64,000 nucleotides of DNA from Spirochaetota bacterium (lineage in GTDB: Bacteria > Spirochaetota > Spirochaetia > Treponematales > Rectinemataceae), in contig JAPLSO010000033.1 in NCBI GenBank assembly GCA_026398595.1, positions 25,028 to 89,027 of the forward strand, given 5' to 3'. The notes beneath the pieces are model-generated. The model was not told where the DNA came from, did not search any database, and was given only the letters and a program-made list of their open reading frames with translations. The position numbers and the translations under genes were made by a program. Below, piece by piece: positions 45,525 through 54,537 of this stretch (position 1 is its first letter; each line of letters starts with the position of its first letter).

Positions 45525-47611
45525 GAGGACTCCATGAGCCTGAGTATCTCCCCTCCTGAGAGGGGTATGCGGCGGGGCTCGATGCCTATAGCCTGGGTGA
45601 GAGCGCTGTAGAAGGCTGCCGGAACCGTGATGAAGGGCAGTTCACCTAAGCCTTTCGTCTGTCCGTTCCTTTCAGAATTGACGAACTCAACGCTGATGGA
45701 AGGCAGACCAGGGAAGGCTGGGTCAACGTTGCGCAGGTACTGGAACTTGCTCTCGCCCTCAGGATCGAAGGCCAGACCTGTGCAAAGCCTCAAGGCGCTC
45801 ATCACCGAGGAACGCAGGGTGGATCGTGCTATCTCAGGCTTCTGTATCCTGCCGGCATCCACGACCATCCAGACCGAGAGGGGCAGGGGCTTGCCGGTGA
45901 AGGGATCTATTTCCAGCTCGACGGCCGTCCCGCACCAGGAAGCAGCGTCAAAGCGTGTGTTCTTCCTCCGCTTTGAACCTCCTTCCGACTCGATGGAACT
46001 CAAGTGGGTTTGGGACCTGGCGGTTATGGGAAGGCTCTCCCTGAATCTCCGTTTCTGGATGGCAAGACAGCTCCGTTCCACGAGGGCATTGAGAATCGAG
46101 GAGCCACGGGACAGGGTCAGAGGGCCGCCCGAGAAGGTAGTCGAAGCGGGTGGGTCGGATTGGAAATCGATGTTTTTGGCCGGAATCGAGAGTATCGAGG
46201 ATGCGGTCGTCCTCCAAAGTTCCCTGAGATGATCGGAACTTGGTGTCGCCGAGGTAGATATCCTCAACCGCAGGCTGCGTTCAAGCACTGCCTCGACCGA
46301 ATAGAGATTCATCCCCGGCAGGGGGGAGAAAGACCGGCTGGTCTGGCAGCCAAGGGTTAGGGCTATGCCCCTGACGACGCCCTCGTTCCTTCCCGGATCT
46401 CTTTTCTTGACGAGTTCGTAGCTGGCGAATTTGCGTCTGTAATCCGAAATCATCTCGAGCTTTTCATGGAGGGCACCGAAGGGGATCTCGAGGTCGAGGG
46501 GCGGCTCGCCGAAGTTCGACGATCCCTTGGCGAGCATGTTAATCCGCTTAATCTCCGCAGGAGTCCTGTTGAGGATTGCGGCCAGATGATTGATATGCGC
46601 CTCAATGGCGAAAGCTGCATGAGTCGCTCCCATGCCCCCCAGGGCGCCCAAGGGAACGATGTCGCTCCGTATGGCGTAAGCCTCGATATGGATGGACGGG
46701 CAGGAGTAGATTCCCATCATGGCGGCCGAAGCCTGCCCGATCAGTTCTTCGGAAAGCGGATTGAAGGCGCCGACGTTGATGATAAGCCGTATATCCAAGG
46801 CGTGGAGCCTGCCTTCCTCGTCCGATGCCGAGCTGATCGATACCGAACTTCTGGCTTGCTTTGGTGTGTAGAGAAAATCCTCCTCCCTGGTGTAGAGGAT
46901 CCGTACGGGCTTTCCCATGGCTCTGGCGGCGAGGGCAGCCTGGCAGGCGACGAAGGAAGGATACCAGAGCCTTCCATCGAAGGCTCTTCCCATTTCCGTC
47001 TGTTGCACCAGAATATCGTTTTCCGCGACACCCAGGCAGGACGCTACCGTGGAACGTACATGGGCTGGCCACTGCGAGGCGCAATACACGGCCATCTTGT
47101 CGTATTCCCAGGAAGCGAGGGCACCCATGGGCTCTGTGTACCTGTGGTCGAAGGCATCGTTCCTGTATACGGCCCGCTCGATCCTAAGGGAGGGGGAGGC
47201 GAAGACAGCCTCGGGGTCACCGTAGCTCCTCGAGCGTTTGCAGACAATCTGAGACGAGGAAAAGCTCTCCCATTCGAAGAGGGGCTCTTCCTCCTCGTAT
47301 TCCACTTCGACCGCGGCCGCGAGCTCGTCGCAGATGCCGGGATCGGGTCCTACGACTAGTCCGAGGGGCTGACCAGTGAAGCTCAGTTCCGAGAGGGCGA
47401 AGAAGGGGAAGCCTCCCTTCATGGAAGGAATTCGGCCATCGACGAGATCGGCCGGGAACAGCCTGCGGTAGCCCGGAGACATCTCTGCGTCCACGACCTT
47501 GAAGTTCTTCGCCCTCGATACGGAGGAGCGTATCGTCGAGGCGTAGAGCATGCCAGGCAGCTTGAGGGAACCCAGGACAGGCGAAAAGCCGTCGGACCGC
47601 CTGTCGTTCAA
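45521..47611 (-). CDS. Molybdopterin-binding large subunit, xanthine dehydrogenase/aldehyde oxidase family (divergent)
   Basis: Hammerhead-like N-terminus LPGMLYASTIRSSVSRAKNFKVVD. FDHRYTEPMGALA. C-terminal KGLGELPFITVPAAFYSAL matches the xKGxGE catalytic-Glu region. Apparent TTG start overlaps the NusG-paralog stop (TTGA). Confidence 0.8.
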   Translation of the reverse strand: MNDRRSDGFSPVLGSLKLPGMLYASTIRSSVSRAKNFKVVDAEMSPGYRRLFPADLVDGRIPSMKGGFPFFALSELSFTGQPLGLVVGPDPGICDELAAAVEVEYEEEEPLFEWESFSSSQIVCKRSRSYGDPEAVFASPSLRIERAVYRNDAFDHRYTEPMGALASWEYDKMAVYCASQWPAHVRSTVASCLGVAENDILVQQTEMGRAFDGRLWYPSFVACQAALAARAMGKPVRILYTREEDFLYTPKQARSSVSISSASDEEGRLHALDIRLIINVGAFNPLSEELIGQASAAMMGIYSCPSIHIEAYAIRSDIVPLGALGGMGATHAAFAIEAHINHLAAILNRTPAEIKRINMLAKGSSNFGEPPLDLEIPFGALHEKLEMISDYRRKFASYELVKKRDPGRNEGVVRGIALTLGCQTSRSFSPLPGMNLYSVEAVLERSLRLRISTSATPSSDHLRELWRTTASSILSIPAKNIDFQSDPPASTTFSGGPLTLSRGSSILNALVERSCLAIQKRRFRESLPITARSQTHLSSIESEGGSKRRKNTRFDAASWCGTAVELEIDPFTGKPLPLSVWMVVDAGRIQKPEIARSTLRSSVMSALRLCTGLAFDPEGESKFQYLRNVDPAFPGLPSISVEFVNSERNGQTKGLGELPFITVPAAFYSALTQAIGIEPRRIPLSGGEILRLMESS

Positions 47612-48135
47612 GGCTTGACCGCCTCGAGTTTCTGCAGCACCTCGAACCCGAGGTCGAAGGAGATGGACGAGTTCTCGAGTTCCAAGGTGATTTTCGCCCT
47701 GCGCTTTCTGCGGTCTACCCTCACGATTCTTCCTTCCATGCCCAGAAGGGGTCCTTCTATGACTTTTATCCTGTTGTTCTCGTCGAAAGTGACGAGTGAG
47801 GGGCCTATTTCCTTGCCGAAGGAGACGAGGCGCCGGATGATCTTCGAGTCGCGTTCGTTAAGTGCTTTTATATGGTCAGTGGAAGGGAGTATGCGGGCAA
47901 AGCCCTTGGTCCGCTTGAGCGAGGTCACGAGGGCAGGCGGAATGCCTTCCTGGGGGCACTCCATGAAGATATAGCCGGAGAAGACGGGGTTGACCAAGGT
48001 CACCGGTTTGCCCCTCCTCCGTGACTGTATCTTTTTCTTTATATTAAAAACAATCGCGTCGGGGGTTGTTTTCCCGAGGAGTTCCACGAAGGTATCCTCC
48101 CTGCCCGACATGATCTGGATCGCGTAATAACTCAT
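47608..48135 (-). CDS. Specialised NusG paralog (NGN plus KOW domains)
   Basis: From ATG 48135: MSYYAIQIMSGREDTFVELL...VNPVFSGYIFMEC is the NGN domain. IKVIEGPLLGMEGRIVRVDRRKRRAKITLEL is the KOW domain. 175 aa. It is not next to secE/rplK, so it is not the housekeeping NusG. Confidence 0.75.
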   Translation of the reverse strand: MSYYAIQIMSGREDTFVELLGKTTPDAIVFNIKKKIQSRRRGKPVTLVNPVFSGYIFMECPQEGIPPALVTSLKRTKGFARILPSTDHIKALNERDSKIIRRLVSFGKEIGPSLVTFDENNRIKVIEGPLLGMEGRIVRVDRRKRRAKITLELENSSISFDLGFEVLQKLEAVKP

Positions 48136-48237
48136 TAGTCTTCCTATGACATCGGCGCGTGCTGCTTCGGTCTGACCAGTGGTGAAATAGTAGGATGTAT
48201 CCTCGTCTTTTGCAACCTCAGTCTGCCAGAGCCGCCT

Positions 48238-48267
48238 TTGACAAAAGCGAAATCGCCGTACTATCAT
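48238..48267 (+). promoter_or_regulatory. Putative sigma-70 promoter TTGACA-N18-TATCAT immediately upstream of the ligA ATG
   Basis: -35 at 48238..48243 and -10 at 48262..48267. The ligA ATG at 48274 is only 6 nt past the -10, which implies a leaderless or near-leaderless transcript. Confidence 0.35.
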
Positions 48268-48273
48268 TCCCCT

Positions 48274-50190
48274 ATGGCAGAAAACGGGGAAAGGATCAAG
48301 GAACTCGAAGGCCTCATAACGTTGCATCAGAAATTGTACTACAACGCACAGCCCGCTATTTCCGACGAGGAATTCGACATTCTATGGTCAGAACTCGAGG
48401 ACCTGGACCCGTCAAACCCCCTGCTCGCGGTAATTGGAAGGGACAGGGTGGACGGCTGGCCCAAGGCTGAACACCTGATCCCCATGGGAAGCCAATCCAA
48501 GGCGACCGATTCCGACGAGTTCACCGCCTGGGCACTCAAGAACCCATTTTCACCCTATATCGTACAGTACAAACTCGATGGCGCCTCGATCGAACTCCAG
48601 TATAGGGAGGGACTTCTCGAAAAGGCCGTCACGAGGGGGGACGGGAAGGTGGGGGACGAGATCACGGCCAATGTCCGGAAGATGCGAGGAGCTATTCCCA
48701 AGCTGTCGGAAAGCTTTACCGGAGGAGTACGCGGCGAGGTACTGATGTCAAGGGCGATCCACGCCGCATCCTATTCGGACAAGGCGAACTGCAGGAATGC
48801 GGCCAACGGCCTCATGAAGCGGAAGGACGGGGAAGGATCCGGCGACCTCGACATCATCTGCTACGACGCGCGGGGCTTTATCACCATTCAGGGGAAACAA
48901 GTCTCGCCCTTTACCGATGAGCTCGGCAAACTGGAGTGGCTGAAATCCGGCGGTTTCACCGTGGTGAGGACGGAACTCTTTCAGGATGTGGCCTCGATCG
49001 TGGAATACAGGGCCAAAGTTATGGCTCTGCGGCCCTCCCTCGCCTACGACATCGACGGTCTCGTCGTCAAGGGTGGGGAAATCGACGAGGAGGATCTCGC
49101 TAAACCTCGTCCGGAGAAACAGATAGCCTTCAAATTCAGCCCCGAGGAGGCGGTTACGACCCTCCTCGCGGTCGAGTGGAGCGAGAGCGGCTCTCTCTAT
49201 ACGCCCATAGGAGTAGTCGAGCCCGTGAGGCTAGCTGGCACAACGGTGCAGCGGGCCAACCTATGCAACCCGGATATGATACGGTCCATGGATCTGCGTA
49301 TTGGCTCGCATGTCGTCATCACCAAACGGGGTGAAATCATTCCCAAGATAGAGGTCCTCGTCGATAATCCCGCAAATAGCGGGTTGATTATGCAGCCTCT
49401 TGTCTGTGGAAGCTGCGGGGCCTTCCTCGTCGATGAGGGCAGCCGGCTTTTCTGCCCCAATGAGCTTTGCCCCAAGAAGGAACTTCATCGCATCGAGAAA
49501 TGGCTTACCATACTCGATGTGAGGGGCTTCGGTACGGCCCTCGCCGGCCGGCTCTTTGCCTCAGGGAAGGTGAGGACGGTGGCCGACCTCTATAGACTTG
49601 ACGCCGCGAGCCTGGAATTCATGGAACGGATGGGGCCTGTCCTCGCTCGGAAACTGCTGCGAAACCTCAGAAAGACCGAGGAACTCGATCTTGCCGAATT
49701 CATCGCTGCCTTCGACATCGAGGGAGTTGGTCTCCTTGTCGCTGAAAAACTCGTTCGCAGCGGTTTTGACAGCCTGGGGAAACTCCTTGCCGCGCGCGAA
49801 GAGGAACTCGTCACCATAGATGGCATCGCCGAGACCATGGCGGGAACGATCGTCGGCGGACTCGCCGCGGTGCGGGACGAGATGCGCGAGGTCGTGGACT
49901 TGGGATTTGTCTTAATAAAGGCTCCAGCCAGGCCGGAGGGCCCAACCGGGGCCCTTGCCGGAATGAGCTTCTGTTTCACCGGTGAATTGACCTCTATAAA
50001 ACGCGCTGAGGCGGAGAAAAGAGTGAGGGCGCTAGGAGGGACGGCCAAGGGGGCGGTAACCGCCGATCTCAATTTCCTCGTCACCAACGAACCTGGTTCC
50101 GGATCCTCAAAAAACAAGAAAGCCAGGGAATACGGCGTTAAAATACTTTCGGAATCAGAATTCCTCTCCATCCTGGGCGGCCGAGGCTGA
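48274..50190 (+). CDS. ligA: NAD-dependent DNA ligase
   Basis: IKELEGLITLHQKLYYNAQPAISDEEFDILWSEL, VQYKLDGASIEL (KxDG adenylation site), Zn finger CGSCGAFLVDEGSRLFCPNELC, HhH repeats and a BRCT tail (FCFTGEL). Confidence 0.95.
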   Translation: MAENGERIKELEGLITLHQKLYYNAQPAISDEEFDILWSELEDLDPSNPLLAVIGRDRVDGWPKAEHLIPMGSQSKATDSDEFTAWALKNPFSPYIVQYKLDGASIELQYREGLLEKAVTRGDGKVGDEITANVRKMRGAIPKLSESFTGGVRGEVLMSRAIHAASYSDKANCRNAANGLMKRKDGEGSGDLDIICYDARGFITIQGKQVSPFTDELGKLEWLKSGGFTVVRTELFQDVASIVEYRAKVMALRPSLAYDIDGLVVKGGEIDEEDLAKPRPEKQIAFKFSPEEAVTTLLAVEWSESGSLYTPIGVVEPVRLAGTTVQRANLCNPDMIRSMDLRIGSHVVITKRGEIIPKIEVLVDNPANSGLIMQPLVCGSCGAFLVDEGSRLFCPNELCPKKELHRIEKWLTILDVRGFGTALAGRLFASGKVRTVADLYRLDAASLEFMERMGPVLARKLLRNLRKTEELDLAEFIAAFDIEGVGLLVAEKLVRSGFDSLGKLLAAREEELVTIDGIAETMAGTIVGGLAAVRDEMREVVDLGFVLIKAPARPEGPTGALAGMSFCFTGELTSIKRAEAEKRVRALGGTAKGAVTADLNFLVTNEPGSGSSKNKKAREYGVKILSESEFLSILGGRG

Positions 50191-50243
50191 TCGGAATCGG
50201 CACAGTCTTGATGGATGGGGTGAGAGAGGGTTACTATCATCGG

Positions 50244-52004
50244 ATGACCGAGAGCAAACTCAAGTGGAAGCAGAGGGTTTACGAGGCCCTGCTGACCATG
50301 GCCGACAAATCCGGGCTTTCACGGGAATCTATCCCTTTCGACAGCCTTGTAGGAGAATTTCCCCCCAAACCCGAGATGGGTGATATCGGTTTTCCTCTTT
50401 TTGGGTATTCAAAACTCTTTCGCAAGGCTCCGGCCGCCCTCGCCTCAGAGGCCGCAGGCATCTTGATGGCGGGAATAGATCCCGGAGAGGGCAGGGTGAT
50501 CGCCCTGGGTCCCTACCTCAATATTTTCCTCGATCGATCGTCAGCGGGCGGGACCGTGCTCAAACGGGGATCGGGGCTTCCCTGGATCGATCCAGTCGCG
50601 AAGCAGGGCGAAAAGATCATGGTCGAGTTCTCGTGTCCCAACACGAACAAGCCCCTCCATCTCGGTCATCTGCGAAATAATGTGATTGGTGAATCGTTGT
50701 CCAGAATTCTCAAGGCGGCCGGCGCGGAGGTCCTCAAGGTCAACCTCATCAACGACCGGGGCGTCCACATCTGCAAGTCCATGCTGGCCTACCAGGTCTA
50801 CGGCGGCGGAAGAACTCCCGCGGACGAGGGGCTCAAGAGCGATCATTTCGTCGGCAAATACTACGTCAAGTTCAACGAACTCAAGGCCGCGGATCCCCAG
50901 GCCGAGGAGAAGGCCCAGGATCTCCTGCGGCGGTGGGAGGCTGGCGATCCCGAGGTTCTATCCCTATGGAAAAGCATGAATGCCTGGGCTGTGGAAGGCA
51001 TAAAGACGACCTATGCCCGACAGGGTATAGGTTTCGACCGCTATTACTACGAGCACGAGACATACATGAAGGGAGTATCGGAGGTCATGAAAGGCCTCGA
51101 TAAAGGCATTTTCTATCAGGAAGCGGACGGCTCCATCTGGGTCAACCTCGAGGATATAGGTCTGGACAGGAAAGTGTTGCTCAGGAAGGATGGCACGAGC
51201 CTCTATATCACCCAGGACATTGGTACGGCGATTTACCGGCACAACGAGTGGCCTTTCGAGCGCCTCGTCTACGTGGTCGCCAGCGAGCAGCAATACCATT
51301 TCAAGGTCCTCTTCGAAGTCCTCAAGCGTCTCGGCTACGACTGGGCGGCGAGGCTCTTCCACCTCGCCTACGGCCTCGTCAACCTTCCTTCGGGCAGGAT
51401 GAAGACGCGAGAGGGGACGGTAGTCGACGCGGATGATCTCATCGACGAGCTTTCGACGCTCGCTAGGGCCGGAATCGTCGAGAAGGGCCGCGATTCCTCG
51501 GTCGGCAACCTCGATTCCGTCGCGGGGAAAGTCGCCCTAGGTGCCCTTCACTATTACCTCCTCCAGACATCACCCACCAAGGACATGCTCTACGACCCCG
51601 AGCAGTCCCTCTCATTTACCGGCAACACAGGACCCTATATCCAGTACATGGGCGCGAGGGCTTGTTCCATTCTCAGGAAATGGGAGGCGCAAGCCGAGGC
51701 GGAAAAGGAAGGCGAAGCCAGCGCCAAGGCTCTTTCAGGCGAGGCGGACTGGACCCTCGTGCGAAGGCTCGCCGCCTTCCCCGAAAACCTCGAGCATGCC
51801 GCCAGAACCCTGGAACCTTCGATCATGGCTGCATACGCTCACGAAGTCGCCTCGGACTTCTCGACCTGGTACAGGGACAATCCGGTGCTCAATTGTCCAG
51901 ACCAGGATCTTTCGGCCTCGCGCGTTGTCCTCGTGAAGGCGGTCAAGGCTACCCTCGAGGGCCTCTGCAACCTGCTCTGCATACCCTTCCTTGAGGCTAT
52001 GTAA
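50244..52004 (+). CDS. argS: Arginine--tRNA ligase
   Basis: VEFSCPNTNKPLHLGHLRN (HIGH) and GRMKTREG (class I KMSKS-like), plus an anticodon-binding C-terminus ending in M. The ORF opens at 50208. ATG 50244, preceded by gagaggg, is preferred. Confidence 0.9.
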   Translation: MTESKLKWKQRVYEALLTMADKSGLSRESIPFDSLVGEFPPKPEMGDIGFPLFGYSKLFRKAPAALASEAAGILMAGIDPGEGRVIALGPYLNIFLDRSSAGGTVLKRGSGLPWIDPVAKQGEKIMVEFSCPNTNKPLHLGHLRNNVIGESLSRILKAAGAEVLKVNLINDRGVHICKSMLAYQVYGGGRTPADEGLKSDHFVGKYYVKFNELKAADPQAEEKAQDLLRRWEAGDPEVLSLWKSMNAWAVEGIKTTYARQGIGFDRYYYEHETYMKGVSEVMKGLDKGIFYQEADGSIWVNLEDIGLDRKVLLRKDGTSLYITQDIGTAIYRHNEWPFERLVYVVASEQQYHFKVLFEVLKRLGYDWAARLFHLAYGLVNLPSGRMKTREGTVVDADDLIDELSTLARAGIVEKGRDSSVGNLDSVAGKVALGALHYYLLQTSPTKDMLYDPEQSLSFTGNTGPYIQYMGARACSILRKWEAQAEAEKEGEASAKALSGEADWTLVRRLAAFPENLEHAARTLEPSIMAAYAHEVASDFSTWYRDNPVLNCPDQDLSASRVVLVKAVKATLEGLCNLLCIPFLEAM

Positions 52005-52060
52005 GCCAGGAGCCGAATGCCTAAGGTTCGACGGGGATTGCTCTTGTCGTGCTTGACCGA

Positions 52061-52090
52061 TTGACAACGATTAGCGTCGCGGTGTATAAA
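52061..52090 (+). promoter_or_regulatory. Putative sigma-70 promoter for rplU-rpmA (TTGACA-N18-TATAAA, TG just upstream of the -10)
   Basis: -35 at 52061..52066 and -10 at 52085..52090, about 40 nt upstream of the rplU ATG. Confidence 0.45.
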
Positions 52091-52129
52091 ACTGCGCTAC
52101 GCATGGAATATATGGCGAGGTTTAGTGAG

Positions 52130-52444
52130 ATGTATGCAGTCGTTGAGATAAATGGAAAGCAATATCGGGCTGAGCAGGGCAAGAATCTGACCGTCGACAG
52201 GATCGCTGCCGAGGCGGGAGCCAGCCTTTCGTTCGAAACCGTCCTCCTTCTTTCGGGCGATTCAGGCGTCAAGGTGGGAAGTCCCTATGTCGCCGGAGCC
52301 TCGGTCACGGCGGTTGTCGAAGAAGAAATCAAGGCCGACAAGGTCATCGTTTTCAAGTACAAGCCCAAGAAGGACTACAGGCGCACGCAGGGACATCGGC
52401 AGAAGTACACAATCCTTAAAGTCCAGGAAATCGTCGGCGCCTGA
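52130..52444 (+). CDS. rplU: 50S ribosomal protein L21
   Basis: MYAVVEINGKQYRAEQGKNLTVDRI...KVIVFKYKPKKDYRRTQGHRQKYT. Confidence 0.9.
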   Translation: MYAVVEINGKQYRAEQGKNLTVDRIAAEAGASLSFETVLLLSGDSGVKVGSPYVAGASVTAVVEEEIKADKVIVFKYKPKKDYRRTQGHRQKYTILKVQEIVGA

Positions 52445-52471
52445 CGCGCCATAATAAAGCGGAGGAATATC

Positions 52472-52717
52472 ATGCCACATAAGGGCGTTAATGGTCGCGA
52501 TTCCAATCCCCAGCATCTGGGCGTTAAAATCTATGCCAACCAGGCGGTCAACGCCGGTTCCATCATCGTCCGACAGCGGGGATCGAAGATCAACCCGGGT
52601 CTCAATGTCGGGATCGGCAAGGATGACACCCTCTTCGCCCTCGTGGACGGGATGGTGTCCTTCAGGGAAATCAAGGGCAAAAAATTTGCCCAGGTCGAAC
52701 CCTTCCCGGCAGAGTGA
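52472..52717 (+). CDS. rpmA: 50S ribosomal protein L27
   Basis: [60 protein letters not shown] ggagga lies upstream. Confidence 0.9.
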   Translation: MPHKGVNGRDSNPQHLGVKIYANQAVNAGSIIVRQRGSKINPGLNVGIGKDDTLFALVDGMVSFREIKGKKFAQVEPFPAE

Positions 52718-52760
52718 GGCCTTTTAAGTAAGACAATGGCCTTTTGCAGGCCGGATGGAA

Positions 52761-52789
52761 AGCCGCTCGTCCGACGGGCGGCTTTTTTT
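52761..52789 (+). terminator. Rho-independent terminator after rpmA
   Basis: agccgctcg-tccga-cgggcggct is a 9-bp stem with one G-U pair, followed by tttttt. Confidence 0.75.
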
Positions 52790-52841
52790 ATGTCTTGTCC
52801 CCGGACAGGTCAGCTGGTATGGTATAAAGAGAGGTTTGTTT

Positions 52842-53960
52842 TTGAAAAAATTCGCCGATGAAGCGACGATAATCGTTGCCTCTGGCAAGGGTGGAGATGG
52901 CTGCATAGCCTTTCGTAGAGAAAAGTATGTCCCAATGGGAGGGCCGGCTGGCGGCGATGGAGGCAAGGGCGGCGATGTAATATTCGTTGTAAAAGGCAAT
53001 GTCCGCACGCTCTCCTTCTTGAGGTATCGCCAAACCTTCAAGGCGCAGAACGGCATACCTGGCATGGGCCGAAACATGCACGGCAAGGATGGGGAGGACG
53101 TCGAGATCCCGATTCCCCCGGGCACCGTCATCAAGAACGCCGATACAGGCGAACAGATCAAGGACTTCGGTTCAGGCAAAATGGCCCTCCAGGAAGGCGA
53201 ACGCTGGGTCTTCCTCCGGGGGGGGAAGGGCGGCTGGGGGAACACTCACTTCAAGAATTCGGTCAACCAGGCTCCCCGTATCGCTCTGCCGGGAAGACCT
53301 GGTGTCGAGCGCCACCTCAAGGTGGAACTCGCCCTCATCGCCGACATCGGCCTTGTGGGTTTCCCCAACGCGGGAAAATCCAGCCTCCTCGACGCATTCA
53401 CCAACGCCCGGCCCAAGATAGCTCCGTATCCCTTCACGACGAAGATCCCAAATTTAGGCGTTCTCACTATCCATGATCGGGATTTGGTCATAGCTGATAT
53501 CCCCGGCATCATCGAAGGCGCCCACGAGGGTGCAGGTTTGGGCATCCGATTCCTCAAGCATATTTCGCGCACGGCTTGTCTTGCCTTCCTCATTGACCTT
53601 TCCGACGATAACTGGAAGGAAGCTTTTGGCATCCTCTCCAAGGAGCTCGAATCCTACTCCTCCATCCTGGCTGCCAAACCCCGGATTATCGTGGCGACCA
53701 AGCTCGATCTGCCTGAGGCTAAGGAACGATTCGCGGAGTTTCAGGCCCTCCTGCCCGAGGAGGAAGTCCTGGGAATATCCGTCTTCTCGAAGGAAGGGCT
53801 GGAGGGCCTGAAAGAGGCGTTCTTCAGCCAGGTCCTCGAGTACGAAGCGGCTTCCGAGGGAGCCTCCCCGGTCGAGGAAAGTTCGGAAGAAGATTTCTTC
53901 GGCCTTATGAATCCCGAGACTGGCGATGAAGGTCTGGAAGAAGATCCGGGCGAGGACTAG
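52842..53960 (+). CDS. obg: GTPase Obg/CgtA
   Basis: From TTG 52842: (M)KKFADEATIIVASGKGGDGCIAFRREKYVPMGGPAGGDGGKGGDV is the Obg fold. G-domain motifs are GFPNAGKSSLL and DIPGIIEGA. The acidic C-tail follows. The ORF-track start at 52755 lies inside the upstream terminator. Confidence 0.9.
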   Translation: MKKFADEATIIVASGKGGDGCIAFRREKYVPMGGPAGGDGGKGGDVIFVVKGNVRTLSFLRYRQTFKAQNGIPGMGRNMHGKDGEDVEIPIPPGTVIKNADTGEQIKDFGSGKMALQEGERWVFLRGGKGGWGNTHFKNSVNQAPRIALPGRPGVERHLKVELALIADIGLVGFPNAGKSSLLDAFTNARPKIAPYPFTTKIPNLGVLTIHDRDLVIADIPGIIEGAHEGAGLGIRFLKHISRTACLAFLIDLSDDNWKEAFGILSKELESYSSILAAKPRIIVATKLDLPEAKERFAEFQALLPEEEVLGISVFSKEGLEGLKEAFFSQVLEYEAASEGASPVEESSEEDFFGLMNPETGDEGLEEDPGED

Positions 53961-53964
53961 ATCA

Positions 53965-54537
53965 GTGAGGACGGCTATCTTCGGCGGAACCTTCAATCCT
54001 CTCCACATAGGGCATCTCTGCATAGCCGAAGAGGTCCTCCATGCACTTCCTTGCGACAGGGTACTCTTCGTTCCCGCCAATATCCCCCCCCACAAGGCCC
54101 TCGAAGACCCCGGAGCCGCCCTGCGGTACGAGATGTTGAAGAGGAGTCTGGCCTGCGATCCCCGCTTTGCTTTCGATGACTGTGAGATAAAACGCCGGGG
54201 GATTTCCTATAGCATCGATACCATACGCCACCTTGTCGGCGCTAATCTTGTCGAATCCAAACCCTTTCTCATCATTGGGGACGACCTTGTGGAAGGCTTT
54301 TTCTCTTGGAAGGAATATGCTTCGATCCTGGAAGCGAGCGAGATCGTCATCGTCCACCGTTTCTCCGTCGAGAGGCTCAGGCCTTCATTTCCTCATGTCT
54401 ACGTCGACAATGGCATCTTCCCCGTCTCTTCCTCACTTATCCGCGCGCGGATAGCGTTGAAAGGAGCCTGGCGGTTCCTCGTCACCCCGGAAACCAGGGG
54501 AATAATAGAAGAACATGGACTGTACGGACTTAGGTGA
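53965..54537 (+). CDS. nadD: Nicotinate-nucleotide adenylyltransferase
   Basis: From GTG 53965: RTAIFGGTFNPLHIGHL is the (H/T)xGH motif. C-terminal VSSSLIRARI is the ISSTxxR-like motif. Confidence 0.85.
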   Translation: MRTAIFGGTFNPLHIGHLCIAEEVLHALPCDRVLFVPANIPPHKALEDPGAALRYEMLKRSLACDPRFAFDDCEIKRRGISYSIDTIRHLVGANLVESKPFLIIGDDLVEGFFSWKEYASILEASEIVIVHRFSVERLRPSFPHVYVDNGIFPVSSSLIRARIALKGAWRFLVTPETRGIIEEHGLYGLR

